A stretch of DNA of 64,000 nucleotides from positions 32,001 to 96,000 of the forward strand of contig CAXXFK010000029.1 in assembly GCA_963663965.2 (NCBI GenBank). Direction: 5' to 3'. Below are positions 61,833 through 64,000 of this stretch, one piece after another. Each line of letters opens with the position of its first letter. The first letter of the stretch is position 1. This DNA comes from Sedimentisphaerales bacterium. GTDB taxonomy: Bacteria; Planctomycetota; Phycisphaerae; Sedimentisphaerales; SM23-30. Below the pieces are notes generated by a model. It was given only the letters and a program-made list of their open reading frames with translations. It did not search any database and was not told the DNA's origin. The position numbers and the translations under genes were made by a program.

Positions 61833-64000
61833 ATGGCGAACAGGGCAGAAATATTCGCGAGCCGCCCGCTTGCGTTAAAATTATATTCAAAAAAGGCTAA
61901 TATTACCCGAGGGATTGTTTTAGCCCTGGCATGGCTATTGGTCGGGGTTACTCTGGTATTCAGTCAGAATGATCCCAACGAAGAAAAAATAATCCGGGAA
62001 GTCCGTATTGAGGGTCAACGTCAGGTTGCCACCGGCGCCATATTGAAAAATGTTCGCAGCCGTGCGGGCGCGAAATTCGACAAGGAAATGATCAGTGAAG
62101 ATGCCCGGCAGATTATGAACATGCCTCAGATCGCCACGGTGTTATGGCGAGTCGAACCGGTGAATGACCGTGAAGTTGACCTGTTGTTTCTGGTCACTGA
62201 GACCCGACAGATTTCCAATCTGACCATCACGGGCAATAAAAATATCAAGCAAGACAAGTTACTGAAAGAATTGTCATTCGGTGTCCACGATTTTCTGGAT
62301 CTCTATCAGATCCGGCAGGGCGCCCAGGTTCTGGAAGACTATTATCGCAACAAAGGATACTATTTCGTTTCGGTGACTCTCGATGAAGAAGCCCTGAAAG
62401 AGCGTCAGGAAGTGGTTTATACGATCATTGAAGGGGCGAAATCGCGCGTACGAAAGATCCGATTTGAAGGGAACAACGCATTTTCAGCGGGCAAACTGAG
62501 ATGGAAAGTCAAATCCAAGACCTATTTTCCGATTTTCAGCAAGGGGAAAATAGACGATGAACAGATAGAAATGGATTGTCGTCTGCTGGAAGGTTACTAT
62601 CGGGATGAGGGATATCTGGATGCCCGGGTGTTCGCGGAGAAATCTTTCAATCGCGATCAAAGCCGATCCACGATCACCTATACCGTCGAAGAAGGCCGCC
62701 GCTATGAAGTGTCAGACCTGCGATTTGAAGGCAATGAGATTTTCAACGATGATGAATTGTTAGACCGATTCAAATTGCGAGCGGGCGACATTTTCAAGAA
62801 TAAGCATCGCCTGGCGGCATCTAAGGCCGTTCAGGATGCCTATGGCGAAGAGGGATATATTTACAGTTATATCGATCCCCAGGTCGAATATACCGATCAG
62901 GAGGGATTGGCGAATCTGGTCTTTAAAATTCATGAGGGCGATCAATATTATCTCAACGAGTTAATTATCCGGGGTAATTATAAAACCCAGGATAAAGTCG
63001 TTCGGCGCGATTTCGATCGGTATCAGTTTTTTCCGGGAAATTTGTTCGATACCGTGGCCATGGAGCGCGCCCAGCGCCGCCTGGAAGGCAGCGGTCTGTT
63101 TGACGACGTATCGGTGGTGCCCTTTGGAGAAGCGCCTTATGAACGGGACGCGCTGGTTGAAGTCAGTGAAGCCCGCACCGGACTGGTATTGTTTGGCGTT
63201 GGCGTTGATACCAATAGTGGCATTATCGGTCAGTTTTCGATCGAACAACGGAATTTCGATCTAACCAAATTTCCGCAAAGCTGGCGTGAATTCTTTTACG
63301 GAGAATCGTTTGTGGGAGGCGGTCAACGATTGCGGCTGGATATTGAACCTGGAACGCGGGTATCACGCGGCCGTATCAAATTTTATGAGCCATACCTGTT
63401 CGATCAGCCTTATTATCTGGATCTGAACGCCTTTTTGTTCAGGCGCTGGCGAGAATCTTACCTGGAACGCCGCAAGGGCGGATATATGACCGTTGGCCGC
63501 CGTTTCGATAACGATTGGGAAGTCGAAGGAACGGTACGAACGGAAATAGTGACTGTTTCTGATCTGGATGATCGTTTAAACCGGGATGAGGATGGCAACC
63601 TGACCGGGGGGAAATATATCACCGCGCCTCAGGATGTGCAGGATGTGGAAGGCGACAATCTGTTAACCAGCCTGAAAGTGGGCATAGGACGGAATACCAC
63701 GGATCGATTGTACCGGCCCTCGGAGGGATATAAATTCCAGGTGAGCTATGAGCAGGTAGGGGCGCTGGGCGGCGATTTTACCTATGGCGATTTATCGGCC
63801 AGTGCGACCTACTATCAGACCATAAATGTCGATCTGGCCGAACGCCGTACCATCTGGTCTACCCGGTTAAAGGGCAGTCAGATCCTGGGAGACGCGCCGG
63901 TGTTTGAGCGTTATTATGTGGGCGGCATCGGTTCAATGCGCGGTTTTGAGTATCGGGGTATCAGCCCCCGCGCCGGAATCGATCATGATCCGATCGGCAG
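61833..64000 (+). CDS. bamA: Outer membrane protein assembly factor BamA (3' end outside window)
   Basis: Manual translation: signal, POTRA repeats (IRFEGN, YRDEGYLDARV, IIRGNYKTQDKVVRR), FVGGGQRL, ERYYVGGIGSMRGF. Confidence 0.92.
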   Translation, partial: MANRAEIFASRPLALKLYSKKANITRGIVLALAWLLVGVTLVFSQNDPNEEKIIREVRIEGQRQVATGAILKNVRSRAGAKFDKEMISEDARQIMNMPQIATVLWRVEPVNDREVDLLFLVTETRQISNLTITGNKNIKQDKLLKELSFGVHDFLDLYQIRQGAQVLEDYYRNKGYYFVSVTLDEEALKERQEVVYTIIEGAKSRVRKIRFEGNNAFSAGKLRWKVKSKTYFPIFSKGKIDDEQIEMDCRLLEGYYRDEGYLDARVFAEKSFNRDQSRSTITYTVEEGRRYEVSDLRFEGNEIFNDDELLDRFKLRAGDIFKNKHRLAASKAVQDAYGEEGYIYSYIDPQVEYTDQEGLANLVFKIHEGDQYYLNELIIRGNYKTQDKVVRRDFDRYQFFPGNLFDTVAMERAQRRLEGSGLFDDVSVVPFGEAPYERDALVEVSEARTGLVLFGVGVDTNSGIIGQFSIEQRNFDLTKFPQSWREFFYGESFVGGGQRLRLDIEPGTRVSRGRIKFYEPYLFDQPYYLDLNAFLFRRWRESYLERRKGGYMTVGRRFDNDWEVEGTVRTEIVTVSDLDDRLNRDEDGNLTGGKYITAPQDVQDVEGDNLLTSLKVGIGRNTTDRLYRPSEGYKFQVSYEQVGALGGDFTYGDLSASATYYQTINVDLAERRTIWSTRLKGSQILGDAPVFERYYVGGIGSMRGFEYRGISPRAGIDHDPIG

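Overview
64-kb bacterial window, most consistent with a Planctomycetota (Phycisphaerae-like) genome. This assignment is inferred from the DUF1559/H-X9-DG prepilin, planctomycete-type ECF sigma, dockerin-tailed secreted proteins and HzsA-like heme protein. The left ~50 kb is accessory: ABC-F, HzsA-like protein, DUF362, a split DUF285/BspA surface-protein gene, a 2174-aa secreted beta-helix protein, lspA, an AT-rich 3-kb insert, MATE, a candidate surface-glycosylation cluster, arsR-arsM-acr3-arsC, and a pectin/sugar-acid locus (PL1, XylR-like regulator, aldolase, SSS transporter, FG-GAP protein, GH28, GH2). The right ~14 kb is core: tRNA-Phe, pyrF, murD, MFS, tRNA-Gln-prs-rplY-pth-rpsF-ssb-rpsR-rplI-dnaB-bamA. 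The strongest unexplained signals are (1) an ungapped ~105-nt non-coding element in four copies and both orientations, three of them at the edges of the AT-rich insert, and (2) a 60-nt duplication of the lspA 3' end bracketing the same insert, with no integrase present. Data-quality caveat: a 916-nt poly-G tract splits pyrF and single extra G bases frameshift rpsR and the MFS gene, so some breaks are probably assembly errors. All calls were made by eye, with no database searches.
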